Source: an uncultured Gemmatimonadales bacterium
Lineage (GTDB): Bacteria > Gemmatimonadota > Gemmatimonadetes > Gemmatimonadales > GWC2-71-9
Reading direction: 5' to 3'
NCBI GenBank assembly: GCA_963798915.1
Contig: CAWCVB010000006.1
Location: 32,001-96,000 of the forward strand
DNA length: 64,000 nucleotides
Every line of letters starts with the position of its first letter. Within the stretch, counting starts at the first letter, position 1. The position numbers and the translations under genes are program-made. The notes under the pieces were generated by a model, which was not told the origin of the DNA, did not search any database, and was given only the letters and a program-made list of their open reading frames with translations. This document shows, in pieces, positions 41,018-53,577 of the stretch.

Positions 41018-41854
41018 ATGATTCACTGGGCTCCGCTGCATCCACAGCTTGTGCATTTCGTGATCGCGCTCGGACTGGTGGGTGTCGCACTCCGGCTGGT
41101 CTCGCTCACCGGCCAGGCAGCGTGGACCAGGCCTTCCGGCGCGGTGCTGCTCATCGTTACCGCCATCGTCAGTATCGCGGCTGTTCGCTCCGGCACGGCC
41201 GCGCATGGCCCAGTGGAACGGATCCCCGGTGCCGGTGAGGCGGTGGAACGCCACGAAGAGTCGGGTGAGACCACCCGGAACATCTTCCTGGCCGTGGGAG
41301 CGCTGGAGCTGCTCGGGCTCGCCCTCGCTTCCCGGCCCAGGGTTCGGCGCTGGGTCCTGCTGGCATCCGCGCTCACTGGCGTCGTCGCAGCCTATCAGGT
41401 CTACGTCACGGGTCAGGAGGGTGGGGAACTGGTCTACGCCTATGCCGGGGGCCCAGGACTTCGGTCGGGCAACCCGACGGACGTCCGGCGGCTGCTGATC
41501 GCCGGGCTCTACGCCCAGGCCGCGGCCGCCCGCGATTCGGGCCATGTGGAGGAGGCGGCACGGCTGACCGACGAGCTGGTGCGTCAGATGCCCGAGGACC
41601 GGTCGGTGGCGCTCCTGTCAATCCGTTCTCAGATCCAGGACCGCCACGATCCGGCGGCAGCGCTCGCCGCCCTCGATTCATTGCCGCTGGGTAGCGACAA
41701 CCCGCGCTGGGAGATGCAGCTGGGCCTGGCGCGGAGCGAGGCGTTGACGGCGGCGGGCCGGGCGGATTCGGCCCACGCGGTGCTCATCGCCCTCGCCCGG
41801 AAGTACCCACAGAGTCGCATGCTGCAGCGGGCACTGGAGCGAGCCGGCCAGTAG
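41018..41854 (+). CDS. DUF2231-like membrane protein with C-terminal TPR-like helices
   Basis: LHPQLVHFVIAL, HEESG, TGQEGGELVY motifs; helical Ala/Leu-rich C-terminus. Confidence 0.65.
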   Translation: MIHWAPLHPQLVHFVIALGLVGVALRLVSLTGQAAWTRPSGAVLLIVTAIVSIAAVRSGTAAHGPVERIPGAGEAVERHEESGETTRNIFLAVGALELLGLALASRPRVRRWVLLASALTGVVAAYQVYVTGQEGGELVYAYAGGPGLRSGNPTDVRRLLIAGLYAQAAAARDSGHVEEAARLTDELVRQMPEDRSVALLSIRSQIQDRHDPAAALAALDSLPLGSDNPRWEMQLGLARSEALTAAGRADSAHAVLIALARKYPQSRMLQRALERAGQ

Positions 41855-41925
41855 CAGCCCGGGGCCAGCCCTTGACGGCTGGCCCCCTCGTACGCAGCAG
41901 TTATGCCACGCCCGCGGCATGACTT

Positions 41926-43739
<1,814 letters not shown>

Positions 43740-43740
<1 letters not shown>

Positions 43741-44273
43741 TGCGGACGCTGCCGCTCGCCGCCATGCTCGGCATGGTACTGGCCTGCCACAGCGGCCCAA
43801 CCAGGCCCGGCGGTGCCTTTGCCGAGGCGGACAGCGCCGACATGCGGATGCTGAATTTCGACTACAACGTCACTCGCAACGGGATTCGGCGGAGCCGGCT
43901 GGAAGCCGACACCGCCTACTTCTACGACAGCGAGCAGACCAGCATGCTGCGGCATGTGCGGGCAACGTTCTTCAATGACATCGGCACCCCCCGGGCCACC
44001 CTTACTGCCGACGGGATGAAGTACAACCTGCGGGACGGCTCCATGCGCGCCGAGGGTCACGTGGCGCTGGTGGGACCGGCGGGAGAACGGCTGACCACCT
44101 CGGTCCTGGTCTTCGACGTGAACCGGAACACCCTGTCGAGCGACCGGCCCTTCGTGCTCCTGCGCGGTGGCGAACGGCTGCAGGGGTCGGGCTTCGATGC
44201 CGACGCCGACTTTTCTCGGTTCCAGGCCAGTCGCCTGCGCGGCGTGACGGCCGATACGGCGTTGCGCCAGTGA
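43740..44273 (+). CDS. lptC: LPS export periplasmic protein LptC-like (lipobox)
   Basis: beta-rich jellyroll pattern (LEADTA, LTADG, LTTSVL, LQGSGF); position before lptA/lptB; VLAC lipobox. Confidence 0.78.
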
Positions 44274-45556
44274 TGCGCCCGTCGCTGCAGAGGCTCGCGT
44301 TGATCGCTCTGGCGGCGGTCCTGGCGCATCCGGCCGTGGCCCAGCGTCCCGAGCGCTGCCGGGTCCAGTTCTCGACCTCGGGCACCGGTGGTTTCGTCGC
44401 GAGCCCGACCGGAGAGACGCGGTGGGCCAGCGGTGGGGTGCGGCTCGGATGCATCGGGCAGCGCGTCAGCGTCACCACGGACAGCGCGGTCGTGTACCCG
44501 GGCGGCGACGTCGATTTCGTGGGTCGGGTGCGCTACCGCGATACCACGGTGACGATCGCGGCGACCCGTGCCACGTTCCGGCGAGCCACGGAAACCTGGG
44601 AGGCGCGGGGCGACGTCACGATTCACAATCTCGAAACCGGCTCCACGGTGCGCGGCCCGGCCGTTGATTATCTCCGCGCGGCCGCTGGAGTGCGGGACAG
44701 CAGCGAGGTCTACGCGACCGGGCGCCCTCGCGTCGATTACTTCGAGGATGATTCATCAACGGCTGAGCGGGAGCCCTACCGGATTGTGGCCGACCGATTG
44801 CGTTCCCGCGGCAAGTCCCTGGTATGGGCGGGAGGCCGGGTGACCATCGACCGCAGTGACCTGGCCGCGCGCGGCGACTCCATGCGACTCGACACCGGCC
44901 CGAGTGACGATGGCTCCCTGCTTGGGGGCACACCGGAGTTTCGCGGACTCGGCGCCGACAGCTTCCTGGTCCGCGGCTCGCGCATCGATTTCACGTTCGA
45001 GCGCCGAAGCGTCTCCGGGGTGCTGGCCCAGGGCAAGGCACACGTCGAGCGCAAGGACTGGACTCTGGAGGCCGACACCATTGCGCTGGCCGTCCGCGCC
45101 CAGTCGGTCCAGCAGATCAACGCCTGGAGCCGGACCCGCCAGTCCGAAGGGGTCTCGAGCCGCTACGCCCTCCGGGGCGATTCCGTGGTCATCGAGACGC
45201 CTGATGAGCGGCTGAGCGGTCTCCGCACTTTCGGCCGCGGGTGGGTGGCGGGCGGCGTAGACTCGGCGTCCGGCGAGCGGAACTGGCTGTCCGGCGATAC
45301 CGTGCTCGCCATCTTTGCCGCGGCGGATTCCGCCGACACCTCGGCGTCCCGGCTCTCGCGGCTCGAAGCGCATCAGGATGCCCACTCGTTCCAGCACATT
45401 GCCCCTCAGCAGCGGGGCGCGCGCGCTGGATTGTCGTACGTGACGGCCGAGAACATCGTAGTGTTCATGAAGCCGGCCGGGAACGAAGAAGTCGAGCGGG
45501 TCGAGGCCACGGGCGGGGTGCAGGGCGTGCAACTCGATCCTTCGGGCGGCGGATGA
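44270..45556 (+). CDS. lptA: LptA/OstA-like beta-jellyroll protein (428 aa)
   Basis: signal peptide; repeated xxDxx / GxVx beta-strand pattern; between lptC and lptB with overlapping start and stop. Confidence 0.65.
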   Translation: MMRPSLQRLALIALAAVLAHPAVAQRPERCRVQFSTSGTGGFVASPTGETRWASGGVRLGCIGQRVSVTTDSAVVYPGGDVDFVGRVRYRDTTVTIAATRATFRRATETWEARGDVTIHNLETGSTVRGPAVDYLRAAAGVRDSSEVYATGRPRVDYFEDDSSTAEREPYRIVADRLRSRGKSLVWAGGRVTIDRSDLAARGDSMRLDTGPSDDGSLLGGTPEFRGLGADSFLVRGSRIDFTFERRSVSGVLAQGKAHVERKDWTLEADTIALAVRAQSVQQINAWSRTRQSEGVSSRYALRGDSVVIETPDERLSGLRTFGRGWVAGGVDSASGERNWLSGDTVLAIFAAADSADTSASRLSRLEAHQDAHSFQHIAPQQRGARAGLSYVTAENIVVFMKPAGNEEVERVEATGGVQGVQLDPSGGG

Positions 45557-46711
45557 GCGACACCTGGCTCGGAGCGGTAAGTCGGCGCGATCCTTCCGTT
45601 CCCCTGACACTCGCCGCCATTGTCCGTGGCTCGGGGCCCCATGGGGCGCTCGGACTGCCCGATCTCCTGATCTCGTATCGGGAGACATTCCTGCTGTGCT
45701 ATCGCGACCTGTCGCGTGGTGCGGAACCGGAGTTGTCGGGCGACGAGATTCGCGAGCATCTCTCGGGATCGCTGCTGCCACGACTGGCATCGGAAGGGTG
45801 GATCGACGACACCGCCGCGATCGACTGGGACGCGGTTCAGGCCGTGGGCGAGTGGTGGCCCGCAGTGGCGGCCGATCGCAGCGGGGCCTTCGAGGCCCTG
45901 GTCGGGATCGCCCGGGAGTGCCTGCGGGCGCCGCGGCGTACCGGTCCGGCCGGACCGGCCAGCGTGCTCGAGGGCAAGGAGCTCTCCAAGAGCTACCGCC
46001 ACCGGCGAGTGGTGGATCACGTGAACCTCCGGGTGACGCAGGGCGAGATCGTGGGCCTCCTGGGCCCCAATGGGGCCGGAAAGACCACGACGTTCTACCT
46101 GATCACCGGATTGGTGCGTCCCGAATCGGGCGAGGTGGTGCTCGACGGCGAAGCCCATCACGGGCGTGCCCATGTACCAGCGCGCACGCCTCGGGCTCGG
46201 CTATCTGGCGCAGGAACCCTCGGTCTTCCGGCGCATGACGGTCGAGGACAACATCCGCGCCATTCTTGAAGTGCGCGGATTGCAGGCCAAGGCGCGGGAA
46301 CGCGAGCTGGAGCGCGTGCTGGACGAACTGTCGATCCGGCATTTGCGGCGTGCCAAGGCCTATTCGCTCTCGGGTGGCGAGCGGCGCCGCCTGGAGATCA
46401 CGCGGGCGCTGGTGACCGAACCCAAGTTCATGCTGCTGGACGAGCCTTTCGCCGGCGTGGATCCCATCGCCGTGCACGATATCCAGACGATCGTAGCCGG
46501 GCTGCGGCTTCGCGGCATTGGCGTCCTCATTACGGACCATAACGTGGAACAGACGCTCGACATCGTGGATCGCGCATACATCATGGTGGACGGCAAGGTG
46601 CAGGCGGCCGGAACCGTGCGCGATCTGGTGTACAACGACCGGGTGGCACAACGCTATCTCGGGCCGACCCTCACGTCGCGCCTGCGGGCGCGCCTGGAGG
46701 CGGTGGCATGA
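45553..46711 (+). CDS. lptB: LPS export ABC ATPase LptB with N-terminal extension and a +1 frameshift near 46151
   Basis: GPNGAGKTT in one frame; [41 protein letters not shown] in the next; removing one base gives [12 protein letters not shown]. Confidence 0.9.
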
Positions 46712-48195
46712 GGACTGGACTGCAACAGACGACCGGGCTGCGACAGGAGCTGCGCGTCAATCCACGGCTGTATCAGGCCATGGACATGCTCTACATGCCC
46801 ATGATGGACCTGCAGCAGCACCTGAAGCAGGAGCTGCTGTCCAATCCCTTCCTCGAGCTGCTCGAGCCCGAGGAAGACGAAAACGTGGAGGAAAAGCCCG
46901 CGGAGCAGGAGCGCGAGCAGCAGCAGAAGGAGGACGAGGTCGACTGGGAGGAGATCCTGCTCAATGGCTTCGAGGTCGGAGGAGCCAAGGAGCAATTCGA
47001 GGCGACCGAGTATCTGGAACCGGTAACAGTCGAGTCGCGCGATCTGGGCGATCACCTGCGCGAGCAGCTCCAGATGCTCGAACTCACGCCTCGCCAGCGG
47101 CTGCTCAGCGAGGAGTTCCTGGGGAACATCAGCGATGACGGTTACCTCGCGGCGTCGCTCGAGGAAATCCTCGGCTCCGTGAATCAGCTGGTGGAGAGCC
47201 ATTTCGAGGAGCACGCCCGGGAGCAGGAGGACTACGATGAGGACCAGCCCACGGAGATCCCGGCCGCGGCGCTCTATGGCATGCCAGAGATCGAGGAGAT
47301 GCTCGGCATCGTGCAGCGACTCGACCCGGCGGGAGTGGGCGCCCGGGACCTGCGTGAATGCCTGGTACTGCAGATGCGGGAACAGGGCGACACTGGCTCG
47401 CTCACCTACCTGCTGGTCCACGACGCCTTCCAGGACCTCATCGCCCACCGGTGGAACGACCTCGCCAAGCGCTTCGGGGTCGAGCCCCAGGCGGTCCAGG
47501 CGGCGGCCGATGAACTGGCCCGCTACGACCCGAAGCCGGGCCTCAAGTACTCGAACCGGGGCGAGAGCTACATCATTCCCGACCTGGTCGTCGAGAAGGT
47601 GGACGGCCAGTATCGCGTGTTCCTCAACGACTCGGGCGTGCCACGCCTCCGGCTCAGCCGCTCGTACCAGGAGATTGCGCGCGACAAGCGGAAGATGACG
47701 CCCGAGAACCGCGAATTCATCGCGTCCAAGATGAACAGCGCCAACTGGATGATCCAGGCGATCGAACAGCGCCGCCAGACCATGCTCAAGGTGATGAACT
47801 TCATCGTGGACCGGCAGCGGGAGTTCTTCGAGAAGGGCATCGAGCACCTCAAGCCGCTGACCCTCCGGGAAGTGGCCGAGGTGATCAACATGCATGAGAG
47901 CACCGTCAGCCGCGTCACCAACGAGAAGTTCGTGCAGACGCCGCGCGGGGTGCTGCCGCTCAAGTTCTTCTTTTCGAGCGCGCTGGCGACGGCCTCGGGC
48001 GAGGATGCGAGTGCGCGTTCGATCCGTGCGAAGCTGGAGAAGATGGTGGCGGAGGAAAACCAGTCCAAGCCGCTGACCGACCAGCAGATCGTGCATCTCT
48101 TCCAGGAGCAGGGCATTCAGATCGCTCGGCGGACGGTGGCCAAGTACCGCGACCAGTTGGGAATTCTTCCAGCCCGCATGCGGAAGCGCGTATGA
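46708..48195 (+). CDS. rpoN: RNA polymerase sigma-54 factor
   Basis: DPAGVGARDLRECL, MHESTVSRVT, ARRTVAKYR RpoN box. Confidence 0.97.
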   Translation: MRTGLQQTTGLRQELRVNPRLYQAMDMLYMPMMDLQQHLKQELLSNPFLELLEPEEDENVEEKPAEQEREQQQKEDEVDWEEILLNGFEVGGAKEQFEATEYLEPVTVESRDLGDHLREQLQMLELTPRQRLLSEEFLGNISDDGYLAASLEEILGSVNQLVESHFEEHAREQEDYDEDQPTEIPAAALYGMPEIEEMLGIVQRLDPAGVGARDLRECLVLQMREQGDTGSLTYLLVHDAFQDLIAHRWNDLAKRFGVEPQAVQAAADELARYDPKPGLKYSNRGESYIIPDLVVEKVDGQYRVFLNDSGVPRLRLSRSYQEIARDKRKMTPENREFIASKMNSANWMIQAIEQRRQTMLKVMNFIVDRQREFFEKGIEHLKPLTLREVAEVINMHESTVSRVTNEKFVQTPRGVLPLKFFFSSALATASGEDASARSIRAKLEKMVAEENQSKPLTDQQIVHLFQEQGIQIARRTVAKYRDQLGILPARMRKRV

Positions 48196-49154
48196 GCAGC
48201 CTGCCGGCCCGCGGGCCGGTCGATGTGAGCGTCCTGGTGCCCGCCAAGGACGAAGCCGAAAACCTGCCGGAATTCATGGCGCAGGCCGCCCGCGCACTGA
48301 CAGCCGCCGATTTCAGCTTTGAAGTGATTGTCGTGGACGACGGCTCGCGCGATGCCACTGCCAGCGTGCTGCGGGACCTGCTGGCCCGCTACGCCTTTCT
48401 TCGGGTGGTGACCCATCGGCGCCAGCGGGGAATTGCCGATGCCTTGCGCTCGGCGCAGGACGTGGCACGCGGGGAGGTATGCGTCTTCTATCCCGCCGAC
48501 CTGCAGTATCTGCCCGAAGACATTCCCGGCCTGGTCGAACCCGTCCTGGACGGAGCCGCGGACATCGTCACCGGCACGAAGCAGGGCAAGTACGAGAAGG
48601 CGTTCGTTTCCGGCATCTACAATGCGCTCTGCCGATGGCTGTTCGGGGTTCCGGTGACCGACCTCAACTCGGTCAAGGCCTGGCGGCGAGAAGTGATGCA
48701 GGGCATTCCCCTGCGCCCGGACTGGCACCGGTTCATGGTCGTCATCGCCCTGGCGGATGGGTACCGGCTCACATCGCGACCCGTGCCTCTGCATCCGCGC
48801 CGCGCCGGCGTCTCCAAGTTTGACTGGAAGCGTATTCCGGTTGGTGTGCTGGACCTGCTGTCAGTGTGGTTCCAGCTGCGCTTCGGTCGCAAACCGATGC
48901 TCTTCTTCGGGCTGGCCGGTGCGCTGCTCTTCTTCGTCGGCTTCCTGGGCGGCATCGTGGCGCTGGTGCTCCGATTCGGCTATGGCATCGGCTTCCGTCC
49001 CCTGCTCAATCTCGTGGAGACCATGGTCATCAGCGGCATCGCGCTGTTCGGATTCGGGTTCGTCGGCGAAATCGTCGCCGGCCAGCGGGAGGAGACGCGC
49101 GAACTGCTGCGGCGACTGGCCAGTGCCACGCCGCCCAGGGACGCGCAGGACTGA
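48192..49154 (+). CDS. GT2 polyprenyl-phosphate glycosyltransferase (ArnC/GtrB-like)
   Basis: VLVPAKDE, VDDGS, ADLQY, HRF, RRAGVSK, two C-terminal TM helices. Confidence 0.85.
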   Translation: MSSLPARGPVDVSVLVPAKDEAENLPEFMAQAARALTAADFSFEVIVVDDGSRDATASVLRDLLARYAFLRVVTHRRQRGIADALRSAQDVARGEVCVFYPADLQYLPEDIPGLVEPVLDGAADIVTGTKQGKYEKAFVSGIYNALCRWLFGVPVTDLNSVKAWRREVMQGIPLRPDWHRFMVVIALADGYRLTSRPVPLHPRRAGVSKFDWKRIPVGVLDLLSVWFQLRFGRKPMLFFGLAGALLFFVGFLGGIVALVLRFGYGIGFRPLLNLVETMVISGIALFGFGFVGEIVAGQREETRELLRRLASATPPRDAQD

Positions 49155-49159
49155 ATGGC

Positions 49160-50302
49160 GTGCGGGTCGTATTCCTGACCCACAACTATCCGCGTTGCGC
49201 CGGGGATCTCTCCGGCGCCTTTCTGGCTACGCTCGCGCGCGCGCTGTCGGCGCGAGGCATCACGGTGACGGTCGTGGCGCCAAGCGATCGCGGCGATGTT
49301 GGCGACGCAGCTGACGGGCCGGTCAGGGTCCGCCGCGTCCGGTACGGGCATCCCCGGCACGAGACCATCGCGTACGCCGGAACGATGGGCGATGCGACCC
49401 GGAGCGTGGGTGGACTGCGGGCGCTGGCTGCCCTGCGCCGGGCGCTGCGCCGTGCCGCCGAGGAGGAGATGGCGGCCGGCGCCGACCTGATTCATGCCCA
49501 TTGGTGGGTGCCAGGCGGTCTGGCGGTACCCCGCGGGCGGCCATTCGTCTTGACCAGTCACGGCACTGATGCGGCCCTGCTCAACCGTTCGGCGCTGGCG
49601 CGTGCGCTGGCGCGGCCAGTCTATCGCCGGGCCAGGCTGGTGACGGCCGTGTCGCAGGAGATGGCGCTTTGGATTCAGCGCGCCACGGGCCATTGGATTC
49701 CGCCGGGCCAGGTCCACCCCATGCCGGCCGACACCTCGCGCTTTGCATGGAGTGAGGGTGGTGATGGCGCGGTGGTCGTGGCCCGACTCACCGCGCAGAA
49801 GCGGGTCGATCTTGCCATCCGCGCCATCGGGGTGCTGGCCACCCTGGGCGCGCGGCTGCCGCTCACGATCATCGGTGATGGCCCCGAGCGACAGGCACTT
49901 GAGCTGCTCGCGTCCGAGTTGGGCCTCTCCGGCGTGGTACGCTTTGCCGGCGCCCTTCCCACCGACGAGATTCCCGCCGTGCTGCGGCGGGCCGACGTCA
50001 TGTACTTTCCGGCCGTGGGCGAGGGCTTCGGCCTGGCCGCGGCCGAGGCGCTGATGAGCGGCGTTCCCGTGATCGCGTGCTGGGACGGCGGCGGCGTCCT
50101 CGACATCGTGCCAGAAACCGGGGCAGGGCGGCGGGTGATTCCGGCGGCGGACGCGCTGGCAGACGCCACGCTCGACATTCTCTCCGACGACCGCCGGCTG
50201 CAGCACGCCCGGCAGGCAGGCCAGCACTGGCGCGACCGGCTGCGCCCCGAAACCGTAGCGGCGGTGGTCGAGGGCTGGTATCACGAGGCGCTCGGTGAGT
50301 AA
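49160..50302 (+). CDS. GT4 glycosyltransferase
   Basis: FLTHNYP, IHAHW, HGTD, KRVD, EGFGLAAAEALMSG. Confidence 0.88.
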   Translation: MRVVFLTHNYPRCAGDLSGAFLATLARALSARGITVTVVAPSDRGDVGDAADGPVRVRRVRYGHPRHETIAYAGTMGDATRSVGGLRALAALRRALRRAAEEEMAAGADLIHAHWWVPGGLAVPRGRPFVLTSHGTDAALLNRSALARALARPVYRRARLVTAVSQEMALWIQRATGHWIPPGQVHPMPADTSRFAWSEGGDGAVVVARLTAQKRVDLAIRAIGVLATLGARLPLTIIGDGPERQALELLASELGLSGVVRFAGALPTDEIPAVLRRADVMYFPAVGEGFGLAAAEALMSGVPVIACWDGGGVLDIVPETGAGRRVIPAADALADATLDILSDDRRLQHARQAGQHWRDRLRPETVAAVVEGWYHEALGE

Positions 50303-51221
50303 GCGTTGGATCAGGGTCGCTGGATGGATCGTCACCGCGGTGATCGTTGGCCTGGCGATCCGCGCCCTGAGCCGGCAATGGCAGGATCTGATGGCGCAGC
50401 CGGTGGTGTGGAGGGTGCGCCCGGTCTTCCTGCTGGGCGCGCTGGGTCTGGTGCTGGTGAATTACGTGATCCTGGTGCAGGCCTGGCGCGTGGTCCTGCG
50501 CGGCTGGAGGCAGTCGCTGCCGTTTCTCGCCAGCGCTCGCATCTGGATCATTTCCGGGCTGGGCAAGTATGTGCCGGGCAAGGTCTGGGCGGTCGCCGGC
50601 ATGGCGGTCCTGGCGCAGCGGGCCGGAGTTGCCGCCTGGGCCGCGACTGCGTCGGCTGTGGTACTGCAGGCACTGGCCGTGGGCACTGGCGCCGCGATCA
50701 CGGGCCTCGCTGGCAGCGAGCGGCTCGACGCCAGTGCGCCGTGGGTCAGGGTGGCGCTCATCGGGCTCGTTGCCGCCAGCGCGGCCGGGTTGACGCTTCT
50801 GCTCTGGCCACCGGTGACGCGTTGGGTCCTGCGCCTGGTGCGTGTGGCAGCGCCACCCGATCGCTCCCCTGACGCGGGCGCCATCGCTATCGCGCTGCTC
50901 TCGAATGTGGTGGCGTGGCTGCTCTACGGCGTGTCGCTGTGGTTGCTGGCGCACGGTTTGTTCGCGGTCCCCGGCTTGACACTGCGTGCGGCTATCGGAG
51001 CCTTCGCGGCGTCCTACGTGGCCGGCCTGCTGGCGCTGTTTGCGCCGGGGGGCATCGGCGTCCGGGAGCTCGTGTTCCTCCTGATGTTGAACGGTGTGGT
51101 CGGTCCCGGCATCGCCGCTGCCCTGGCGGTGGCGTCGAGACTGCTTCTGACTTTGACCGAACTCGGAACGGCGATGCCGTTCCTGATTCTCCAGCGAGGG
51201 CAGCGACGTGTCGCAGACTGA
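50295..51221 (+). CDS. lysylphosphatidylglycerol synthase TM-domain (flippase-like) protein
   Basis: about 8 TM segments, GKYVPGKVW, APGGIGVRE, ASRLL. Confidence 0.78.
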   Translation: MSKRWIRVAGWIVTAVIVGLAIRALSRQWQDLMAQPVVWRVRPVFLLGALGLVLVNYVILVQAWRVVLRGWRQSLPFLASARIWIISGLGKYVPGKVWAVAGMAVLAQRAGVAAWAATASAVVLQALAVGTGAAITGLAGSERLDASAPWVRVALIGLVAASAAGLTLLLWPPVTRWVLRLVRVAAPPDRSPDAGAIAIALLSNVVAWLLYGVSLWLLAHGLFAVPGLTLRAAIGAFAASYVAGLLALFAPGGIGVRELVFLLMLNGVVGPGIAAALAVASRLLLTLTELGTAMPFLILQRGQRRVAD

Positions 51222-53577
51222 GAGTCCCGCCTACCAGCCGTCTCGCCCAGGCCTGGTGGCCTTCCTGGTATACCTCCTGCCGGTGCTGGTCATGTTCTGG
51301 CCGCTGGTGCATGGACAGTTCCTGGGCGGAACCCAGAGCGACCAGTTTGCCGCCGGCTTCAGCTTTCGCGATTTCGGCGCCCAGTTCTTCAGGGCCACTG
51401 GTGGCATCCCGCAGTGGAACCCATATCTGTTCGGCGGCATGCCGTTCATTGGCGCCATGCACGGGGACATCTTCTATCCCACGGCATGGCTGCGATGGAT
51501 CCTCCCGGTCGGCGTCGGCATTGGCCTCGGCTTCGCCATTCATATCCTGCTGGCCGGCGTCTTCTCTTACGTCCTCATGCGGGCGCTGCGCTTCAGCTGG
51601 ACCGCCGCCCTCGTGGGCGGACTCGCGTATGAGTTGAGTGGCATCGTGCTTTCCATGGTGCATCCCGGCCACGACGGCAAGTTGTTCGTCTCCGCCCTGA
51701 CACCGCTACTCCTCTGGGCGCTGATACGGGCCATCCGCGACGGAAAGGGATGGGGCTACGGCGCCATTGCCGGGATCGTGGGCCTGACAATCCTCACGCC
51801 CCATCCGCCGATGACGCTCTACGCGCTCATCGCAGCCGGCATCTTCACCCTCTACCTCACGTTCTTCGATCCCGCCCGCAACCGCTCGCGTTCGCAGGCG
51901 ACGGTCCTCGGCTTTGCGCTTGGCGCCGTCCTGCTGGGCGCCGGTATTGCGGCCGTGCAGATCCTGCCGGTCTATCACTACCTGCCGTTCTCAACCCGGG
52001 CGGTGGGGCACTCCGCGAGCAGCTATGCCTACGCCACGGCATACGCGCTGCCGCCGGCCGAGTTGATCGGCACTGTCCTGCCGCAGTTCAATGGCATTGG
52101 CGAGCTGTACTGGGGCTCGAACTTCTTCAAGCTGCACAGCGAGTACCTTGGCGCGGTGGTCGTGGCCCTTGCTTTCCTTGGGTTCATGGCCCGCCGGCGG
52201 GACCGGGCAATGCTCACGTTCGCCGTCATCGGCGGCCTCTTCCTGCTAGTCTCGCTCGGCGGCCATACACCGTTCTACCGGCTCTGGTATGAGATCGTCC
52301 CGTACATCAAGAAGGTGCGGGCCCCGGGCATGGCCTTCTTCCTTGTCGCACTGCCGGTTTCGATCTGGGCCGGCGCCGGCGTGGAGGAACTGCTGGCAAA
52401 ACGGGTCTCGCCCGGGCGCATCTTCGCGGTGTTCGGTGCGGTTGCGGGCTTCGGGTTGCTGGGTGCCCTGGGCGCGCTGCAACCGTTCACCGAGTCCATG
52501 GCTGACCCGCGGCGCCTCGACGTTGCCCAGGCCAATGCGGCGGCGCTGATGGCGGGTGGCGTGCGGCTGCTGGCGTTTGGGCTGCTGGGCGGGCTCGCGG
52601 CGTGGCTGGTCCGGGCGGGAAAGGTCTCTCGCGCACTCGGGACGCTGCTGCTGGCGGCGGTCGTGATGGCCGATCTCTACTCGGTCGACCGCCAGTACGT
52701 GGTCTTCGGTCCACCCGCTTCGGTGCTCTTTGCCAAGGATTCAGTCACCCGATATCTGGCCGCGCAGCCGAAGCCATTCCGGGTCTTCGACGCCCCCGGG
52801 GAGAGTGCTTTTCAGGTGGGGCCCGTCTATCCCGGCGACTATCTCATGGCGCAGAAGATTCAAACGGTTCTTGGCTATCACGGCAATGAGGAATTCATCT
52901 ACGATGAGCTGTGGGGTGGCAAGAACGTCTACCAGCACATGGTTTCACCGACCCTGTGGACGCTGTGGGATGTCGAATACGTTCTGTTCGACCACGAGCT
53001 CGAGGTGCCGGGCTATCACAAGGTGATGGGACCGGTCACGACCTCCGTGGGCACGCCGGCGGTCCTCTACCAGCGCGACACCGCTTCGACGTACGCGCGG
53101 GTAGTGCCCGGGGCGCTGAAGCTGCCGGAGGAGCAGGTGATCGCCACCGTGCTCGATCCCAAGTTTCCGCCGGCGAGCGTAGCGATCCTTTCGGATTCGG
53201 CGCCCGTCGCGCCCACGCCTATTCGGGGCCAGCTGCCCGCAGCTTCGCCGGTCCGCGCGCGAGTCACCAGCTGGGCTCCCGGAACGATGGATGTCGCGCT
53301 GGATTCGGTCGACCCCCGTCCGACCTTCCTGCTCATGGCCGAGACCTACTTTCCCGACTGGCGCGCGTCGATCGACGGAAAGCCCGCCGCAGTCCTGCGT
53401 GCCAACGGGGCCCAGCTTGCGGTCGAGCTTCCGCCAGGCGCACGGCAGGTGACGTTCCGCTTCGTGAGCCGTGGGTATGGCGCCGGAAAGGTTGTGACGG
53501 CGCTGTCGTTACTGCTGACCGTGCTGCTGATCGTGGTCCCGGCGGTACGAGCGCGCCGGCGGCCGGCAGCGGCGTGA
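51208..53577 (+). CDS. YfhO-family GT-C membrane glycosyltransferase
   Basis: PQWNPYLFGGMPF..FYP, multi-TM N-terminus, ETYFPDWRASIDG...LRANG and C-terminal TM helix. Confidence 0.8.
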   Translation: MSQTESPAYQPSRPGLVAFLVYLLPVLVMFWPLVHGQFLGGTQSDQFAAGFSFRDFGAQFFRATGGIPQWNPYLFGGMPFIGAMHGDIFYPTAWLRWILPVGVGIGLGFAIHILLAGVFSYVLMRALRFSWTAALVGGLAYELSGIVLSMVHPGHDGKLFVSALTPLLLWALIRAIRDGKGWGYGAIAGIVGLTILTPHPPMTLYALIAAGIFTLYLTFFDPARNRSRSQATVLGFALGAVLLGAGIAAVQILPVYHYLPFSTRAVGHSASSYAYATAYALPPAELIGTVLPQFNGIGELYWGSNFFKLHSEYLGAVVVALAFLGFMARRRDRAMLTFAVIGGLFLLVSLGGHTPFYRLWYEIVPYIKKVRAPGMAFFLVALPVSIWAGAGVEELLAKRVSPGRIFAVFGAVAGFGLLGALGALQPFTESMADPRRLDVAQANAAALMAGGVRLLAFGLLGGLAAWLVRAGKVSRALGTLLLAAVVMADLYSVDRQYVVFGPPASVLFAKDSVTRYLAAQPKPFRVFDAPGESAFQVGPVYPGDYLMAQKIQTVLGYHGNEEFIYDELWGGKNVYQHMVSPTLWTLWDVEYVLFDHELEVPGYHKVMGPVTTSVGTPAVLYQRDTASTYARVVPGALKLPEEQVIATVLDPKFPPASVAILSDSAPVAPTPIRGQLPAASPVRARVTSWAPGTMDVALDSVDPRPTFLLMAETYFPDWRASIDGKPAAVLRANGAQLAVELPPGARQVTFRFVSRGYGAGKVVTALSLLLTVLLIVVPAVRARRRPAAA

